From the human T2T-CHM13v2.0 reference genome, Homo sapiens: a DNA stretch of 64,000 nt. The stretch is from NCBI RefSeq assembly GCF_009914755.1, contig NC_060929.1; one strand, given 5' to 3'. The position numbers and the translations under genes are program-made. Of this stretch, positions 14,733 to 30,178 are shown one piece after another. The notes under the pieces are model-generated. The model was not told where the DNA came from, searched no databases, and saw only the letters and a program-made list of their open reading frames with translations. Numbering within the stretch: the stretch's first letter is position 1; each line of letters begins with the position of its first letter.

Positions 14733-14840
14733 GGATCAGCCATCCAGAGATGTGAGCCTGGGCAGGGCTGGCCTAGCATTCCACACGTGAATTCACTAGG
14801 CCAGGCCCTGCCCACGCTCACATCTCTGCTTGGCTGATCC
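14733..14840. repeat. Long inverted repeat (~44-45 bp arms, 19-nt spacer)
   Basis: Left arm ggatcagccatccagagatgtgagcctgggcagggctggcctag (14733-14776). Reverse complement of the right arm (14796-14840) is ggatcagccaagcagagatgtgagcgtgggcagggcctggcctag. Confidence 0.95.
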
Positions 14841-15297
14841 CCTGTGTGTGCCTTGGCTGATTCCCCCATGTGTGCCTTCTACTGTTTCTCTTGACAGCAA
14901 ATCACAAGTGAAAAAGTGGCATTCTGGCAAATTTTAATAAATTTTGAACACTTCCAAAGACAAAAAAGGCAACGACAACTGAATATGAACCTTCAAAAAC
15001 CGTACAGGACACATAGTTGTTTTAAACCATATAAAAAGAAAACTTGTAGGAATAATAGCAGCATATGTTTGAATGAACACTCATATCACACTGTGTCTCC
15101 CTGAGAAAGCCATGAGAACTGATTGGGAATCTAAAGTCATTCTTAAATACACAGATTCTTAACACAATTGCCTTCTAAAGTCTTAGCTATAACTAGGTAT
15201 TTAAAGAGCACAGAAGTCTCTTCAAGCGTTCTTTTGCAAAACAGTGAAACAATTTTTATTGAAGCAAGGATTTATTACTAAAAAGATAAAATTTAAC

Positions 15298-15700
15298 TGT
15301 GTTTCAGTTAGGATTCTTCAGCTGCAAGCATTAGAAACTAACCCCAGATAACTTAGCAAATAATAGGATTTATTAAGGGCATATGGTAGCAGATACTTGC
15401 TGAGGGAAAGCTGAAGAACCAGGTCTCAACAGGCACAGGAACCAGGCTGCTCTGGGAATCTAGGTAGTTGAAACCAATAGCAGGGATTTCTTCAAGATGC
15501 CATTGTTGAGTTGAATGAGTGCCAGCCATTTTTTAATGTTTGTATTACATCAAGATTCTAATCAGGAGATAGTGCATCTGATTGCCCCACCTTGATCAGT
15601 GTTAGCAGAACAACCCCACTAAGGCTGTAACCACCAGGGGAGGAATTAGTCTCAAACAAAATCATAAGGCTGTTTCAAGAAGACAAGAACAGATGATGCT
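15298..15700 (-). mobile_element. Old MLT1-type LTR
   Basis: tcagttaggattcttcagctgcaagcattagaaactaacccc...ggatttattaaggg. Confidence 0.5.
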
Positions 15701-16267
15701 AGGGTGGTGGTGGGAAGGAGAATAAATGTCCACTCCAGACCACCAGGTGACTCACTGATAAAAGTGTTTTCATCTCTGTTACGTACTTTTAAGTATTAAT
15801 TTGATGACAGCATCTAACATAATACATTATGTCAATGTAATGTAACACAATATTGACTTAGCAATCCAGGATGACTTCTTTGCATGGTGATTGTCATAAA
15901 TTTATACCAGAAGGAATATCGTATATTCCAACGGAGATACTGTCTCCCTTTCATTTAGAGAGCAATGAAAAAGAGTGCATGCCATATATTTATTTTGGCA
16001 TGTATTTCTCACAGTGTGTATGCCATATATTCGTGTTCTCTTTTTTTGTTTTAATACTCAGGTGTATGTAAATTTCTGCACTCCTTGAAGACCCATAAGC
16101 TAAATAGTCTTGCTTTTTTTCACTTTTGAGCTATTAATATTATTTTGAGGAGACACATGTACTCCAACCATAGATAGTTAAATTGTCTTAATATTTCCTA
16201 TGAATCTCTAAATGGCCAATGTTTAACAAAAATTTTTTTCATTGTAGATTTTATTTTTATGTTCCAT

Positions 16268-16676
16268 GTTGCATTAGGCCATTCTTGCATTGCTATAAAA
16301 AAATACCTGAAGCTGGGTAATTTATAAAGAAAAAGAGGTTCAATTGACTCACAGTTCTGCAGGTTATACCTCATGGCTCCAGTATCTGCTTCTGGCGAGG
16401 GCTTCAGGAACCTTACAATCATGGCAGAAGGTGAAGGGGAAGCAGGCATATAACATGGCAGAAACAGGAGCGAGAGAGCGAGGAGAGGTGCGACATACTT
16501 TAAACAACCAGATCTCATGAGAACTCACTTTCAAAAGGACAGCACCAAAACATTTATGAGGGATCTGCCTCATGACCCAAACACGTCTCACCAGGCCCCA
16601 CCTCTAATTTTGGGAATTACGTTTCAACATGAGATTTGGAGGGAAGGGCTGGTAATGTAACATCGAAACAATATCA
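16268..16676 (-). mobile_element. MSTA-type MaLR LTR
   Basis: cattcttgcattgctataaaaaaatacctgaagctgggtaatttataaag...ccaggccccacctc...tttcaacatgagatttggagg. Confidence 0.85.
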
Positions 16677-16989
16677 CATGTGAACCAACAATCATATGCA
16701 GAGTTCCTTTATTTATGTCTTTGGATTTTCTTTAATTTTTAAGATTCTGATAGCTAAAGGAATATTTGCTCTTTCCTTTCAGTAACAAAATTAAATTAAT
16801 CTTTAAAATTTATAAATATTTGACTATAAAAATTCCATTAGGACTCATGTATAAATATATACTGCCAGTGACTGCTGGCTGCTGTGGTTCAAAGAAGAAT
16901 GAAAATGACTGGATTATCAAAAGCAGGACAGGTTTTGTTCTATAACTGTTAAGAAAGTGACAAGTTGCCAAGTATTTGTCTAGAGCCCC

Positions 16990-17737
16990 TGATTCCTCTT
17001 CTTCCCCTCACACTCCTCATTTAATCCACCAGCAATCCTTTAGGAACTACCTCCAAGTGTTAGCCTGTTTTTCCACTTCTTCCCATTTCCACAGCTAACA
17101 CCCTAGTCCCAGTCTCCTTCTTCTTGCCCACAGCAAGAGCCCTTTAAAGGTTTCTAAGCTTCTACTTGCAACAACTGATTCTCTAGGCAGCAGCCAGTTA
17201 TGTTTTAATAACATGGAGTATGTCAGTTCCAGGTCAGAACCATCTCTCAGCTTTCCATTACACCCAGAATAAAACCCTAGCTCCTCCACATGGCCAACAA
17301 GACCTGATATAATGCACCTGTCAACCTCTTCCACACCTGTGCTATGTCCTTGCCATTCCTTGAATGAGCAAGTGAGAGCCCATCTCAGACCCTTATGCTT
17401 GCTCTTCTCTCTGCCTTCCACACTGTATCTCCAGAAGGCTGCACAGCTTGCTCCTTTCTACCTCTTAGATCTCAGTTCAAACAGCCGATCCCTGGAGAGG
17501 CCTCCGTAATCAGTCACCTCTATATTGCCCTCCAGTCCCATTCTCACTCACTCTTCATCCCTCTACGTTGGGATTTTCTGCAGCACACATAATCTGACAT
17601 TCTTTTTGCATGTTTCTCTTTCATGGGAAGATAAGATTGATGAGAACAAGAACTTTGTCTTAATTGCTGCTAATTCTCCAGCCCTGTAATGTCACCTATC
17701 ACATAGTATACTCCCAATTAATACTTGTCGAATGAAT
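16990..17737 (+). mobile_element. L2a-type fragment
   Basis: cagaataaaaccctagctcctccacatggcc...aattaatacttgtcgaatgaat. Confidence 0.7.
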
Positions 17738-18189
17738 TTTTCTACTTCCAAATACAATGTCTATTCCCATGAGCTATTTATGAACACAGTTACCATAATG
17801 GAGAAGACTGATATGAGTGCCACAAAGGTGAGGGTGAAAGTCTAAAAACGTGGTGGTACAGAAACAAAATGAGAAGAGACCCTGAAGATCCGTAGCCTTT
17901 CAGATAACCTACACTGTACCAGACAGTATTATTACTGAAAGACTGTCAGTAATTCCCTACTCTGTGTACCTTACAGATCTCTGGCAAGAAAGCATATTCA
18001 CCTGAGGGTGTAGGACCTTAGAGGACAAAAAGTGACGAGGAAGTGCCCGTTCTGAAGCAAAGGAAACCAGAAATCTAGGCCTTCTTCAAAGTCTAGGCCT
18101 GTGTTTTGACATTAAATAATTTGCCCAATCTCCTCTGCAGTTGTGATCTAACTCTGACCCTACTTCGTCTCTGAAAACGGAAACAGACA

Positions 18190-18430
18190 CATGGTAAGTG
18201 TAGTGGCAAGAACTCTGCACTTGGAGTCAGAGAGCACAGGCTTGATGTTATGAGTTCTGACACTTAGTAACCTTGTGACTTTGGTCACGTTTCAGGTGAA
18301 TGCATTCCCTCATCTGTAAAATGGAAATAATGCACCTCCTTCACAAGTTATCATGGAGAGTCCATGAGATGTGTCTGTGAGGGAGCCGAGCCTAATGCTT
18401 ACATGGAAGTGCTCAGGGTATATTCGTTTC
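18190..18430 (+). mobile_element. MIR
   Basis: tgtgactttgg...ttccctcatctgtaaaatggaaataatgcacct core. Confidence 0.75.
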
Positions 18431-19131
18431 CTTCCATCCTTCAAACTCTATAGCTCTTTGCTTTTCATCCATCAAACACGAAACAATGATTTGGCAGGCC
18501 ATATAGGCTTCTAGAGCATCAATACACAGGCTTTAAAGGTTTGTTTTCTGAGCTTCACATAACCAAATGTATTACATCTAATCAGCCAGAGATGCAGTCT
18601 TCTTTGGCTAGAAACAGTCTCAGATCTTGAAAATACATTGCCTTCACTGCATTTTATTCTCAGTGCATCACTAAAATGACAAGCTGCTTTCCTCAGAATG
18701 TATCAGGAATTCTGTTTCTTAGCAACACTCCTCCCACAGGCAATAAAAGACAGAACATAATTCCTTTGAGCATTAGGAGTCTGCTCGTAATACTGAAAAT
18801 GTGGCCAATTTCCCCTTATATGCAGAATTAGAAATCAGTTCTCCATGTTTGAAAGACAATACAATTGAGACCCTTCAAAGTATAGCTTTTGAAAAGTTTA
18901 GCAAATTTCTTATTCTAAGGCCTGCTATTTCAGGCCTTATTTTTAATGATGTTACAGAATTTTACTGCATTAGGTCATGATTCAAAATTAAGAATGAAGC
19001 ATTTCTAATTCTAAGCTCTTTCCTCCTACTACCTCTCAAATTTCCCATCTTTTGAGAAAGTATATCAACATACTCATTTTGACTATCAGCTGCACTCTTC
19101 AGTTTTGTATTCCAGATTTCAAAAAATAAAA

Positions 19132-19432
19132 TTTTATTTTTATTTTTTTGAGATAGGGTCTCAGTCTGTCATCCAAGCTGGATTGCAATGGCATGATCAC
19201 AGCTCCCTATAGCCTCAACCTCCCAGACTCAGGCAATCCTCCCACCTCAGCCTCCTGTGTAGGTGGGACTATAGGCTTGCGACACCATACCCAGCTAATT
19301 TTTAAATTTTTTTGTAGAGGTAGGGTCTTGCTATGTTACCCAGGCTGGTCTTGAACCTTTCGGCTCAAGGGATCCTCCTGCCTCAGTCTCCCAAAGTGTT
19401 CGGATTACAGGCATGAGCCACTGCATCCAGCC
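19132..19432 (-). mobile_element. AluJ
   Basis: Full antisense dimer with J-type diagnostics (gcctcaacctccca..ctcaggcaatcctcccacctcagcc). Confidence 0.9.
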
Positions 19433-19582
19433 TACATTTTTAATCAAGTATAAAATAAGCTCATTATAGACATAAAGTTTGTTTAAAGGTTAAAATCCAA
19501 ATACGTCTAGTGTTTATATTAATGATTCACTTTTCCATCAAATAATAATACTATTACTTTTATTTAGAAATTATATGCCAAG

Positions 19583-19912
<330 letters not shown>

Positions 19913-20237
19913 CTACTTAGCCTTTTAAATGCTTTATTCTCTCCTCATAAAAACCTTGTGGGAAAAGTATTAATTCTCATTAACCATGGAACTGAGACTT
20001 AGAATAGTCAATTAACGAGGTCAAGGCCACACAGCTAGTAAATAGAGAGCCATGTAAATAATATATTAATCTTTACTCTCCAATATTTATTTGTTCCCTT
20101 TTTGTCTTTATTTTGTGCTCTGCTCGTCACTATCTTTGACCTAGTTTGTTGAATCTAATTGAATGAATAAAACCACATGTAAGTTTACACTTCTAGAAAA
20201 GGTGATATTCAGTAGTTTACCAAGGACATTTGAATAT

Positions 20238-20337
20238 ATCCAAAATTAATACTTAATCCTTTTACACTGTCATTATATATTGCAAAGATCCAGAATTAAC
20301 ACTTAATCCTTTTACACTGTTATTGTTGGTTGCCAAG
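20238..20337. repeat. 50-bp tandem duplication (diverged)
   Basis: atcca(a/g)aattaa(t/c)acttaatccttttacactgt(c/t)att occurs at 20238 and 20288. Confidence 0.9.
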
Positions 20338-22852
20338 AAGATATGTTGAATGAATTCAGTGTAGTAAAAAAGTTTCAGTGAGCTATGAGTTATTTCAGAT
20401 AAGATTCTCATCACCAGAGCCAAACTATTTTTCATCTGTTTGACAATAGGGTGATTTATCCCATCTTCTCTATGTCTGCAATTTTGTCATGTCCTGCGAA
20501 TAACTAGGTGACTAGCAAGCAAAACAAATTTGGTCACAATTATTTAAAGTGTGCTGTCATCTGATGAATCTAATTTTTTCTTAGACACGTGACACTTGAT
20601 GGCTTGCATGTTCTATGACTAAAAACAGTCTTGCCATTATAATTTAATAAGCCACTCCTTAACTTCAACATGAACACTCCAGCAAATGCACTATCTGTTA
20701 TGCTGTTGGCACAATCCAACAAAATGCATTATCATTCAGCTTTATATTAAGTAGTGTCTTGGGAGAGATCTCTCTCTTTCCATATATATAGAAATATATG
20801 AGTATGTAGATATATAGGTATTTCTCTATATATTTACATATATGTATATGTTAAATGAAGTGTCTTAAGGATAAAAATATAATAGATATTTAAAAGAGTG
20901 CTTATGATGAAAGAATGTCTTAAATACACATTTCTTCCTTTAGCTACCTTGGGATAGTAGTCCATTGCTAGAGGCATATGACATTATTTTAAAGGGCCAT
21001 TAAACATTAAATGATTCATATACAAGTAAATAAGAATATAAATAAAAGTTGTACTTTATACACTAAAATAACACACAGGTGAATTTTTCTAATAAATTAA
21101 AGGAAATGCACTATACAAGCTCTTAACCTCCTTGTACCCTGGACCTTGCAGGAAGGTTTATTTGAGTTAGGACTGCAGTCTGTGACTACAAAATGAAGAC
21201 AGGCTCAATGGCTCAAAAGGTTCTCAGTCCCAAATCTTGGCCTCATTACAGGTTGCTCTAAGCAACTTTGTTTTCTCTTGTGGCAGAGGAATGACACTGT
21301 TCACATTCAGAACTGAATTCTATGGGCATACCCAGGGTCACATATGATTCTCAGCACAATTATAATTCTATACTTTTCTGATCTATTAACAAAGTGTAAT
21401 TAAACTTTGGGGAGAATGTCAATATAAGAATGTTCTTAAATCAACTGTGATTTATAAAACAGCAACTCCCTTAATACTTGGTACTTATGATCCAGCATAG
21501 TTTGAAATGACGGTGGTGGATTAGCTTAGTACAGACAATTCTCCCATTCCAAACACGTGGAAAAGCTAGATACATGCACAAAAAAAAATTATTTAAGTAA
21601 ACGGCTAAGCTTGAAAGGAAAATCCATAAATTTCAAAAATGAAGAGGGTTATTCAAAGTCAGAATAGTAAGTGTATGAGAAAATACCAACTTTAATGGGG
21701 GTGAGACCATCTAATGGCTAGGGACTGAGGTTTTAGCACCTACAGAAGGCATCTCCTTGAGACTCAGTTAAACAGAAGCTGAAACTTATCTGAAACTGAA
21801 TTTCACATAATTGCAGGAACTCTGAAAAGACTATTCCTTGCATAAAGGGAGCCAAGAAAACTTTAGTTTTCAAGTCCAGGGACACAGCAAGAAACTTCCA
21901 TTGTCTGCCCATTACTCTGGGTTGGGTTAAAAACCAAATGCTCCCATTAAAAACTGGAACTTTAACCCTGCACTTGGTACACTGAATCCAAATTAACTCC
22001 ATCATCTTCATATAAAATGCCCAAGATGGAAATTTAACATAAGAAGCTGATTCTGGAATTGCTGGGGCCCTGATTACTGTGATGGAATTCTCCCAAAGCC
22101 CTGGGCTTACAGATTTTCACTTGGAGAAATGCTAACTGCTGAGCATACCTACAAAAATACAGTGACAATCTACATGAGACAAGTATCCATCAAGCAGTGA
22201 GCAGCACTACAAGAGGAGGATCAGCACTCTAAGAATTTGAGGTAGCATAATCAAAGGAGACCAGAAAGTAGGGAAGTTTTAAATGATATGTAGAAACTGA
22301 AGACAAACAAACAAAAAAAATGGGTAAACTTGTAAAGAAGAAATAGAACTTCTAAAAATAAAAATACAGGCATAGAAATTAAAAAAGTAATAAATGTTAG
22401 CAGACAAGATAGGAAGTAATATCATTTGTGAATAGAAGATTTAAGAAAATTAGAACCAAGTACAGAGAGATAGAAGATATGTGAAAAATTAAGACACAAA
22501 GAACGGATTGGAAAAGTCTAACAATATGCCTAATAGAAGTTTCAGAAAGAAAGAATAAAGAGAATGAGAGTCCATAGAAAGATATAATGAGTAATAATTT
22601 TCCAGAACTAAAAAGAAAGACATGAGTCCACAGATCAAAGAATCATACTGTGGTCACAAGCGGAATAAATAAATAAATCAAAAACAGGTTTCATCATAAA
22701 CTGAAAAATGCCAAAGACAGAGAGAGAATATCTAAAAGAACATGAGAAAAAAAAAGATTACTCACAACGGAGCAAAGAATGACTGAACTCACTAGCATCA
22801 GAGGGCAAAAAACAATAGATTAGTATCTTCAGATTAGTATCTGAGGGAAAAG

Positions 22853-24728
<1,876 letters not shown>

Positions 24729-25071
24729 TGAGGGAAAAGCTGTCTGAGTGAGACAAATGTAGTTTAACATACAGTTTCCACTTTCTCCTGCCCTCAAAAG
24801 AAGAATATTAACGGAAATAGTTTAGGAAGAAGAAAACGTTTCCCAAAAGGAAGGAGTGGGTTGCAAGTAATGAATAGTGAGTGCTATCAATAAAACTGGT
24901 AAATAAGTACGACTGAGCACAAACTAAAACAGTAACAACAAAATGAGGATGGGAGGAGGATGAAAACCAAGGTGAAACAAACATCTGTGATCTATAACAA
25001 CGTGAAAAATTAGTGCAAGATGTTAGGACTTAAACCATTCCAAGGTCTGTGTTCTGTTAAGCCTGTATGCA

Positions 25072-25540
25072 TGTTCTCTTAGTTTCCTAGGGCTGTTACA
25101 ACCAATTATCACAAACTTGGTGGTTTAAGTAAAACAATAAATGTATTCTCTCACAGTTGTGGGGGCCGGAAGTCCAAAACCAAAATGTTAACAGGATAAA
25201 TTCCTTCTGGAGGCTCTGAGGAAGAATCTGTTTCATGAATCCCCTGGCTTCTCGTGGCTGCCGGCAATCCTTGGCGTTCCTTAACTTGTAGCTAGGACTC
25301 CAGTCTTTGCCTCTGTCTTCACGTGGCTTGCCCCTTTGTGAGATTGCCTTCATGTGCCCTCTCCTTTTCTGCCTCTTACAAGGAACCTCATCATTGGATT
25401 CAGAGCCCACTCTAATCCAGGATGACCTAATCTTGAGATCCTTACCTTGATTATATCTGGAAAGACCCTTACCCCAAATAAGGTTATATTCTAAGGTTCT
25501 GGGTGGACATATTTTTTGAGGACCACAGGTCAACCCAGTG
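25072..25540 (-). mobile_element. MLT1C-type MaLR LTR
   Basis: tagtttcctagggctgttacaac...ccttctggaggctctgaggaagaatctg...ctaatccaggatgacct. Confidence 0.8.
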
Positions 25541-27198
25541 TTCATGTTAAGAATGTAAAAGTAGCTACTAAAAAGGTTTTTCTAAAAAGTAGAATGTATA
25601 CATTCTAAACAAACAGAGAAACAGAAATCTCCTTGAAGGTAGGAAAGAAGAAATAAAAGCATGGTGAATCATAAACCAAAGTCCAAATAAATTAGAAATG
25701 ATTTTACATGCAAACAAGTTAAAATGCAACTGTTAAAAGACAAATTCAGATTAAAAACAAGACCCATGCATACCATTGCTTCTCTAAATATTCACAGACG
25801 TGTTTCATTCTCTTTAATACCTTCTTCAGTGCCTTAGCTTAGCAAGATAGAAGTACGTTTTCATTTGATTTGTGTCCTCAAATCATTTTCACCTGTGACA
25901 TTAAGCTCAGCCTACAGAGGTTACAGAATAGAAAAAAGTCCCTTTCAAGCCAAATTTCTCCTTTTCAGGTGGTAGCCAATGAGTTAATTTTTCTGGAGCA
26001 GCTTTACAATTTTTTATTTTTGAAGTACTTTTAGATGGCTTAAAACATTAGTAAAAGGTTAAAGCTGTAGGATTTATTTTTCATCCCCCACTCATGTTTA
26101 TTCTTCTGCCAATTTCATGTCTTAATTACCAAAAAAATTCTTTGAAATTCCTGACTACAAAGAACAACTCTTTTTACCAAACCTGTAGACTATGACTGAT
26201 TTTCAGTCATGGTGAGCACGAATTCTGAATGCACAGCACGGGTCAATTTTAACGAGTTCAGAATTTCTTCTAAAAAGTCATTTGCAAACATACACACATG
26301 CACATCCAAACGGTAGCTCTTACAATTTTATCTAAGAAAAATTATGGGTTTCAAAATAAGATACAAAATACAAATTTTGAGCACAATGATGTAAAAAAGA
26401 TGAAGAAAATTTCATCCATGGACTAAATGGACTTTTCCCCTAACCCCCATCTTGATGAAAAGATGCAATAGCCAGCTAGCCCTAAACAATGTGAACTATG
26501 TTTGTTTGTTTTTTTTAAGTGGACAATGAATATAGAAGCAATTTTAATTCAAGACCTACTCCAATTCTTATTAAACCTAAAAGTCAGACTAATTCTCTGC
26601 CCTTCAAAATATAGTTGAAAATTAGCTTTGTTTGCCTCCCCCAAAATATTGCTCTCTTCGATGGCAGGATTCTATAATTCATCTTTATATACCTGACTCA
26701 CTGCATAGTGCTTGATGGTCAATAAATTTGTTGAATGTGCAAATTTACACAATAAATTCCCCCAAAACTGATTTCCCTTAGGTCATAAAGACTCTTTCTC
26801 CCACACTTTCACAACATTAGCAGGCCACAAGAGTTTATGTTCTGACAATCTGACCCCACATTATTCTCTGAACAAAGTAGTTCAGGCCTAAAGAAAAGTC
26901 AATACATTCAATCCACAGCCCTATGAGGTATTATGAAAGTGACCAGCAATTCTAACTCTTATTTTGGTTTTTAGAACAAATTAAGGTATTTTATTATTTA
27001 AACATGGAGAATAATTTTCTTTTAATAAATTATTCCCTTTTATTAAATAAGTTACTTTTAAATAAAATTTAAAAGATAATTAAAAGACATCACTTCATCT
27101 GTAAGGCCTTACTCAAAATGACAGGAGACAAATTTCACAAGTTGAAAACTTTGGATTCTATTTTAGTAATCACTGCTACATTTTAAAAATGAGCTAGA

Positions 27199-27429
27199 GC
27201 TGGGCACAATGACTCTGGAGGCTGAGGCAGGAGGATCACTTGAGGCCAAGAGTTTGAGAACAGCCTGAGCAACATAGCAAGACTCCATCTCAAAAAAAAA
27301 AAAAAATTAACCAGGCATGGTGGCACATGCCTGTACTCCCAGCAACTTGGGACTTGAGCCCAGGAGTTAAAGGCTGCAGTGAGCCAAGATGCCATTGCAC
27401 TCCAGACTGGGTGACAGAGCGAGACAACT

Positions 27430-27460
<31 letters not shown>
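27199..27460 (+). mobile_element. AluJ with internal deletions
   Basis: ggaggctgaggcaggaggatcacttgaggcc...ggctgcagtgagcc; long A tail; TSD-like tgagctaga on both flanks. Confidence 0.85.
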
Positions 27461-27462
<2 letters not shown>

Positions 27463-27779
27463 ATTATAAAGTGAGCTAGAAAGTCAAGTAAAAGCAGTGA
27501 AAAGATACTAGAGTTAGACTTGTTGAACAATTGGGTGAGACAGAAAAAAGAGAGCAATTTTAAGTGATAACGGACTCTATTTTAACTGCCTCTTATACAT
27601 TTCCTTGTTTTGATGGAGGCGAGCTATAGCTGGTAATCAGAATCTTATGTCTCTCTCTTTGCTACCTATTGAAAAACAGTCATTTAAGAAAATTTTTGTT
27701 GGGAGAAAAAAGGTGCTGCCTTAAGTAACTTTGGAATATGTTTTGACTGGATACTGTAAGGTTAAAGATGAAAAGAAGT

Positions 27780-29080
27780 GTACTCCAGTAGGTAAACTTA
27801 TTATACATATTCTAGGTTAGCAATTCTGCAACCACTTTATTGTGTACTAGGGCTGAAAAAAATAGAGGCATAACTTATAGATAATGAAAGTTAAGTTCCT
27901 CACTGGCAGAGAAAGAAGTTACAAATAAATGAAGGGGAAAAGCTAGAATGAATCCTATGGTGCTGGATTAGGAGTTACAGATATCCATATAGACTCATTT
28001 TTAAATATATACAGAAATATACAGAAATCATTACAGATATGTGTGTATACCTATGTTAGTAAACATTCATGTATTTCCTAGCTCTGTTCACTGAGGTCTA
28101 GAAGCCATGACATCCCAGTAACAATAAGCGCATTCAGCACTCAAATCTTGGATTGTAAATAACATCCTCCAATAAAAGGAGCAGGGCTCTTTGGAGAAAT
28201 GACTGATTCTAGGGCTGGGCAGAGAAAATAGAAGATCAGCCTGGAGCATCGTGGTAGTGCCAGAAAGTAAAAGCTAAAAAGAAAAAAAATGGGAGCATGT
28301 CAAAAAGATATGGCTCCCAATGGCCAAAGTTGGAACAATTTGAGCAACAAAACAAATAATTACAGTACTGGATAGTACGGCCGAAAAAATAAAATACGTA
28401 TCTACAAGTCTACACTGAAAAATATCTCCCCTACATTAGAATTCCAAATAATGTATGTAGAAACCCCTCCCAAGAAAATGGAGCTTAACTCCCCTCCCTG
28501 TGAGCACTGTTGGACTTACTGACTTGCTTCCACAGAATAGAATATGAAATGAGAAAACAGTAACTTTATAATGGAGAAACCTGGCACATATCATTTTAAC
28601 CAAGTGATCGAGGTTAAACTTAGCAGTGCTACGTCACGTCGATATCATGTACATATCGATATGAGAAAGTTACCTCACTTCTGTGGTATTCTTCCGCGGA
28701 AAACTATAATCCCAGTATAGTCATGACCCAAATTAAGGGACGTTCTACCAAATATCTAACCAGTACTCTTTAAAAATGTCAAGATCTGTAAAAACAAGGA
28801 AAGACTGATAAACTGTTCGAGTAAGAAGGCATGATTAAATACAATGTAGTGTCTTAGATTGGGTCCAAAACCAGAAAAAGGGCATTAGTAGAAAAACTGA
28901 TGAAATCCAAATAAAGTCTGTAGTTTAGTTAATAGTGCTGTACCAATGTTGACATCTTAGTTCTGACAAATGTTCCATGCTTAAAGTATTAACATTAGGG
29001 GAAAATGAATGGTGAATGTAGGAACTCTTAACTTTGCAACTTTTCTGTGAGTCTAAAATTACTCCAAGGTTTTTTAAAGT
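27780..29080 (+). mobile_element. L1MC-type 3' region
   Basis: ctagaatgaatcctatggtgctggattagg, gagaaacctggcac, aaataaagtctgtagtttagttaatag, ttgcaacttttctgtgagtctaaaatt. Confidence 0.75.
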
Positions 29081-29219
29081 TTTGGAGTATTTAAAGAAAT
29101 CTAAACGTTCTACAACTCTTACTAATTTGTGTATTTTATCTATAAAATAAAAAAATAATTTTCATAATTCAAATATATCAACATGTTCAAAGTCAGTGAT
29201 ACAGGAAGAGAACTAAATA

Positions 29220-30178
29220 CAGCCATGTGTTTCAGTCAACAATAGACTGCTCATACAATAGTGGTCCTCTAAGATTATAATGGAGCTGAAAAATTCCTAT
29301 CACCTAATATTTATTACACTGCACTTTTTATGATTATTTTAGAGTACACTACTACTTATTTTTTTAAAAAAGTTAACTGCAAAAACTTCCTCAGGCAGGT
29401 CCTTCAGGATGTATTCCAGAAGAAAGCATTGTTAACCTAGCAAATGACAGCTCCCTATGTTATTGTCCCTGAAGACCTTCCAGTGGGACAAGATGTGGAA
29501 ATGGAAGACAGTGATATTGATGGTTGATGAACCTCACCTTGTGTGGGCCGAGGCTAGTGTGTGTATCTGTCTGTGACAAAGTTCAACAAGGAAAAAAAAT
29601 TAATAATAGAAAAAAGCTTATAAAGATATGCTTTTGTACAGCTGTACAATGTGTTTTAACTGATATTACAAAAAAAGTTAAAAAGGTAAAGTTCATAAAG
29701 TAAAAAAGTTATAATCAGCTAATTTATTATCAAAGAATTTATTATAAATGTAGTATAGCTGTGTAGTCCAATGTTTATAAAGTCTACGATAATGCATAAC
29801 ATTCTAGGCCTTCACATTAACTCATCACTTCCTCACCAACTGACCCAGAGCAACTTCCAGTCCTGCAAGCTCTACTCATGGTAAGTCCCCCATTTTTTTT
29901 TTTCTTTCTTTCTTTTAAACAATATTTTTACTGTACTTTTTCTATGTTTAGATACACAAATACTTACCATTGTGTTCCAATTGCCCAAAATATTCAGTAA
30001 CTTGCTATACAGGTTGGTAGAGTAAGAGCAATGGGCTATACGATATAGCCTAGGAATGTAGCGTAGTAGTCTAGACCATCTAGGTTTAAGTACATTCTAG
30101 GATGGTCTCACAATGACAAAATCATCTAAAGGACACATCTCAGTACATTTTCCTAGGCATTAAGTGATGCAAAATAGT
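29220..30178. mobile_element. Tigger3b-type DNA transposon
   Basis: gtggtcc..taagattataatggagctgaaaaattcctatcaccta; cctgaagaccttccagtgggacaagatgtgga; ends shared with the 2590-2906 element. Confidence 0.8.

Noticed and set aside
25096-25545. 149-aa ORF
   Set aside because: Lies entirely within an MLT1 LTR.
28634-28654. tcgatat-catgtac-atatcga mini-palindrome with local CpGs
   Set aside because: 7-bp arms inside an L1MC relic; within chance expectation.
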